Below, piece by piece: positions 60,485-64,000 of a stretch of DNA of 64,000 nucleotides. The first letter of the stretch is position 1; every line of letters starts with the position of its first letter. The notes beneath the pieces are model-generated. The model searched no databases. It saw only the letters and a list, made by a program, of their open reading frames with translations, and was not told the origin of the DNA. The translations under genes and the position numbers were made by a program. Origin of the DNA: Pseudomonadota bacterium (GTDB lineage: Bacteria > Pseudomonadota > Gammaproteobacteria > JAKAQQ01); the NCBI GenBank assembly GCA_021839245.1, contig JAKCBQ010000003.1, positions 13,970-77,969 of the forward strand, given 5' to 3'.

Positions 60485-62046
60485 GTCGTCTCCTTGCGCT
60501 CACGGCTGGCGAGGAAACGTAGACGAGGGTGACGCTCGATGACGAGGTCCATGTGGATCCTGTGCGGCGCGAGGTAGACGAGCGCCCCAAGACCGTCGCG
60601 CGCAAGGTGCGGGGCCGCCGCCTCCTCGAGCGCGGCCAGAGCCTCGGGCGTCCCCTCCACCCAGCGGGCGACGGCGACGCCGGCCCCTTCGGTGGACACC
60701 GGGACCCCGTACTCGTTTTCGAGACGGTAGGCCACGACATCGAACTGGAGCGGACCGACGGCGCCCAAAATCACCTCGTGGCCGTGAAGGGGGCGGAAGA
60801 ATTGCACGGCCCCTTCCTCGGCGAGCTCGCCGATCCCGCGCAGAAGCGCCTTGCTGCGCAGCGGATCGCGAACGATGAGACGACGAAAAATTGTGGGGGC
60901 AAAGTTCGGAATCCCTCGGAAATGAAGGTCCTCGCCTTCGCTGAAAGTGTCGCCGATCTCGATGCCTCCGTGGGTCGAAAACCCGATGACGTCGCCCGCG
61001 TAGGCCGCCTGTGCGCGCTCACGCTCCTGACCGAGGAACACCAGAAGATCGTTCGGCACGAAACTGCGCCCCCGATCGACGTGACGCAAGCGCCCACCGG
61101 GCTCGTAGCGGCCCGAGCACAGGCGGACGAAGACCACCCGATCGTGGTGACGGGGATCCATGTTCGCGTGAATCTTGAAGACGAAGCCGCTCGCCCGCTC
61201 CTCGTCGGGCTGGACGGTCCGCTCCCGCGCCGCCCGCGAACCGGGCGGGGGCGCGACCCGAACGACGAGATCAAGCAGGCGGTGCACACCGAAACCGTGG
61301 AGCGCAGAGCCGAACAGGATCCCCGTCCGCGTCCCCGACCGGTATGAACCGGTGTCGAAGGGCGGTGTCGCCTCATGGACGAGGGCGATCTCCTCTTCGA
61401 GCGTCCGCCGCTCAGCCACCGAGAACCCGGCGAACGCATCCGGGCTGCGCGCCCCTCCCCCCGCGGTGGCGAAGGCTTCGAATTGCCCGTCCACACGGTC
61501 GATCACACCGCGGAATCCCTGACCGCTCCCGACCGGCCAGACGAGGGGAGCGGGCTCAAGGCCGAGCTTGTCGTGAATTTCGTCCACGAGTTCGAGTGGC
61601 GGTCGAGCGTCGCGGTCCATCTTGTTGACGAAGGTCAGAACCGGAAGTGCCCGCTCACGAACGATGCGCATGAGTTCGAGGGTGCGCGGCTCGACGCCCT
61701 TGGCCGCATCGAGCACCATGAGGACGGAATCGACGGCCGTCAGAGTGCGGTAGGTGTCCTCGGAGAAGTCTTCGTGCCCCGGGGTGTCGAGCAAATTGAC
61801 GACGGCCCCGGCGTGGGGAAACTGCATGACCGAGGTGGCGACCGAAATCCCCCGTTCGCGTTCGAGCGCCATCCAGTCGGAACGCGCGGCGCGCGCCGCG
61901 CGTCGCCCCTTCACGGCCCCGGCGAGCTGGATCGCCCCCGCGGCCAACAGCAGGTGCTCTGTCAGGGTCGTCTTCCCGGCGTCGGGGTGCGAGACGATGG
62001 CGAGTGTCCGCCGTCGTTCGACGGCTTCGCGTATCTCACTCGTCAC
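60481..62046 (-). CDS. prfC: Peptide chain release factor 3
   Basis: SHPDAGKTTLTE, SDWMALERERGISV, DTPGHEDFSEDTYR and GAVGPLQFDV. Confidence 0.96.
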   Translation of the reverse strand: MTSEIREAVERRRTLAIVSHPDAGKTTLTEHLLLAAGAIQLAGAVKGRRAARAARSDWMALERERGISVATSVMQFPHAGAVVNLLDTPGHEDFSEDTYRTLTAVDSVLMVLDAAKGVEPRTLELMRIVRERALPVLTFVNKMDRDARPPLELVDEIHDKLGLEPAPLVWPVGSGQGFRGVIDRVDGQFEAFATAGGGARSPDAFAGFSVAERRTLEEEIALVHEATPPFDTGSYRSGTRTGILFGSALHGFGVHRLLDLVVRVAPPPGSRAARERTVQPDEERASGFVFKIHANMDPRHHDRVVFVRLCSGRYEPGGRLRHVDRGRSFVPNDLLVFLGQERERAQAAYAGDVIGFSTHGGIEIGDTFSEGEDLHFRGIPNFAPTIFRRLIVRDPLRSKALLRGIGELAEEGAVQFFRPLHGHEVILGAVGPLQFDVVAYRLENEYGVPVSTEGAGVAVARWVEGTPEALAALEEAAAPHLARDGLGALVYLAPHRIHMDLVIERHPRLRFLASRERKETT

Positions 62047-63068
62047 AGATGCGACTCCCAAGCGGGAACAGGGGACGCACGGCGCCGCTCCGCCGCGCGG
62101 CGGGCACGGGCGTGGGTGCTGAGCGGGTGGAGCGACTCGTCGCTGATCCAGCGATGAAAGACGATGAGCGCGCCCACCACCTCCATCATCGAGCCGTCGA
62201 TCCACGTGATGAGTCCCCCCAGACGCTGATCGCGCAGGGCGCCGATCCCCCACGGGGCGGCCAGGTGGTTGTAGACGGTGTAGAGGTCCTGATGGGTGAG
62301 CGTGATGTAGGCCCCGATCACGATATTGGCGAACATCGTCAGGGTGAGCGCCAGAAGACGCACGGGGTAACTCGGGGCGTCGGGCCGCCGGCGGGGATCG
62401 AGAACCATCCACCAGAAAATCAACCCACTCACGAGCATCGTGACGTGAGCCAACTCATCCCAGGCGTCGTGGACGGCAATGAGATCCATCTCGGGCGGAA
62501 GAAGCCAGAAGTAGAGCACGGCGATCAACTGAACGGAGGCCACGAGTGGGCTCATGAGAGCCCGCCAGAATGCACGGAAAGAACGGCTTCGGGCGAGCGG
62601 CCTCCACAGACGGCGCTTGAGCGGGTCGGGCAAGCCTGCGACGAGCGGCGCGAGAGGCACCCCCAGACAGAGCAGAAGCGGCACAAACATGTGCAGAAGC
62701 ATGTGCTGCGTGAGGTGCACGAAGAGAAGCGATCCCGCGAGGGTGTCGATCGGCGGCGTGACGGCGGCGAAACCGACGAGGACACCGGCGGAAAAAAAGA
62801 ACTTCTGATGCCAGGGAAGATGTCGTCCGTCGTGTTCGAGCCGGCGCACCCCGCGCCCGTACCACAAGACCACGAGGACCGTGACCACGATCACCCACCA
62901 CGCCCAGTTCCCCCACACCGGAGGGGTGTGCGCCGCTACGCGCGCGGGCAGGAGGAGGAAAAAAAGAACAATGCTCGCGCCGATCCAGTCCCCGAGGAGA
63001 AAAAAGAGGAGAAGCGTGAGAAGCGGCCGCTGTCCCGGGCGCAGGGAGGGCGCGTGTGATTCGTTCAC
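62043..63068 (-). CDS. Cytochrome c oxidase assembly factor, Caa3-type CtaG family
   Basis: HLTQHMLL..VPLLL, GLIFWW and DQRLGGLITW. Confidence 0.85.
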   Translation of the reverse strand: MNESHAPSLRPGQRPLLTLLLFFLLGDWIGASIVLFFLLLPARVAAHTPPVWGNWAWWVIVVTVLVVLWYGRGVRRLEHDGRHLPWHQKFFFSAGVLVGFAAVTPPIDTLAGSLLFVHLTQHMLLHMFVPLLLCLGVPLAPLVAGLPDPLKRRLWRPLARSRSFRAFWRALMSPLVASVQLIAVLYFWLLPPEMDLIAVHDAWDELAHVTMLVSGLIFWWMVLDPRRRPDAPSYPVRLLALTLTMFANIVIGAYITLTHQDLYTVYNHLAAPWGIGALRDQRLGGLITWIDGSMMEVVGALIVFHRWISDESLHPLSTHARARRAAERRRASPVPAWESHL

Positions 63069-63149
63069 GCCGCGTCCCTCTCCAGGAGGAAATCACACTC
63101 CCGGTGGTAGGATCGCGGACATGGCGTCCCAAAACTCAAGCACTCGCTC

Positions 63150-63782
63150 GTGAGTGATCCCGATCCCGCGCGTTGGCGTCGGTGGGCACTTTTCGTCTGC
63201 GGATGGGCCCTCGTCCAGTTCACGGCCACGGCCCTTGTTCTCCAGTTCATGCGTCGCCACCTCAACCCGTGGACGTCTACGTTGAGCCGCTACCTCGTCG
63301 GGCCTGGGGGCGACTGGCTCAGGGCGGCCTACCTCGTCCTCGCGCTCGGACTCGTCCTCTTCGGGCTCTTTGTCGAAGAAGACGAAACACGCTCTCGCCC
63401 GTGGCTTCCGAAGGCGGCCTACGTCCTCACGGGAGGAGGACTCGCGACCGCGGGGCTCGTGACACCCCCCGCGCGGATCCGGAACCTCATGGGCGAGATC
63501 CTCTTTCGGCTCCACCTCCTCGGGGCCGGGGTCGCGTTCCTGGCGCTCACGGCCGTCGCCGTCTCATCGTCGTGGACGGGCGGCGGCCCGTTCGCGCGCA
63601 GCCGCATGCGCCCCTTCGCCCGCGGGCTCTCAGGGTCCGCCGCGACACTGGTCGTCGTCTATGCGATCGTCTCCCCGCGAGGAGGCGGAACCTACGAGAA
63701 GGCCTTGATTATACTCCTCGTTCTCTGGATGACTCTGCGCTGGACGGTGGCCGTTCGGGATCGTCTTGCAAATCACGAATGA
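63150..63782 (+). CDS. Membrane protein, DUF998-like
   Basis: LNPWTSTLSRYLVGPGG, LH..GA..AF and GTYEK; multiple TMs. Confidence 0.7.
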   Translation: MSDPDPARWRRWALFVCGWALVQFTATALVLQFMRRHLNPWTSTLSRYLVGPGGDWLRAAYLVLALGLVLFGLFVEEDETRSRPWLPKAAYVLTGGGLATAGLVTPPARIRNLMGEILFRLHLLGAGVAFLALTAVAVSSSWTGGGPFARSRMRPFARGLSGSAATLVVVYAIVSPRGGGTYEKALIILLVLWMTLRWTVAVRDRLANHE

Positions 63783-64000
63783 GGACGAGAGCGTCCTCAC
63801 GGGCGTCGTCGTGCTCAGCCGGGTAGTAACCACGGCGCACCCCGATCGGGCGAAACCCGGCGCTCAGATAGAGCGACCGCGCCCGCACGTTGGAGACACG
63901 CACCTCGAGAATCAGGTGGCGGCGTGTTCCGCCCCGGCGGCTGCGTTCCATGAAATGGTCGAGGAGCAAGCGCCCGTAGCCCGCGCCCTGATGAGGCGGA
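63709..64000 (-). CDS. rimI: Ribosomal-protein-alanine N-acetyltransferase, 3' part (5' end outside the window)
   Basis: HQGAGYGRLLL, LEVRVSN..A..LY...GF, RRGYY and REDALV. Confidence 0.88.
   Translation of the reverse strand, partial: PPHQGAGYGRLLLDHFMERSRRGGTRRHLILEVRVSNVRARSLYLSAGFRPIGVRRGYYPAEHDDAREDALVLIRDLQDDPERPPSSAESSRERGV

Overview
A high-GC proteobacterial chromosome segment; the DoxDA-type gene and gene order suggest a sulfur-oxidising gammaproteobacterium, but this is inference only. Housekeeping DNA lies at both ends. On the left are a doxDA-like 3' end, an aidB-like acyl-CoA dehydrogenase, cydAB and tRNA-Met. On the right are tRNA-fMet, the complete nuoA-N operon, folE2, a Ser/Thr kinase-cNMP protein, pgpA-thiL-nusB-ribH-ribB, dedA, dcd, apbC, moxR-DUF58-transglutaminase, an MFS transporter, prfC, a ctaG-like gene and rimI. 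Between the two inward-pointing tRNA-Met genes is a ~26 kb accessory zone holding an MdtABC-type RND pump, gene scars, a beta-propeller lipoprotein gene, an OmpA/TM/secreted-protein cassette and an IS3-type remnant. The main finding is an ~8.75 kb tyrosine-integrase element (15467-24212) that has split the beta-propeller gene in frame at a site mimicking a tRNA-Ser 3' end. It carries a frameshifted integrase, a ~1 kb apparently non-coding and very densely structured region that looks like a large ornate ncRNA (flanked by hairpins with complementary CGCCAA / TTGGCG loops), an uncharacterised 275-aa basic protein, an MmeI-type restriction-modification enzyme and a decayed RES-domain gene. All family assignments come from motif recognition by eye; no searches were run.
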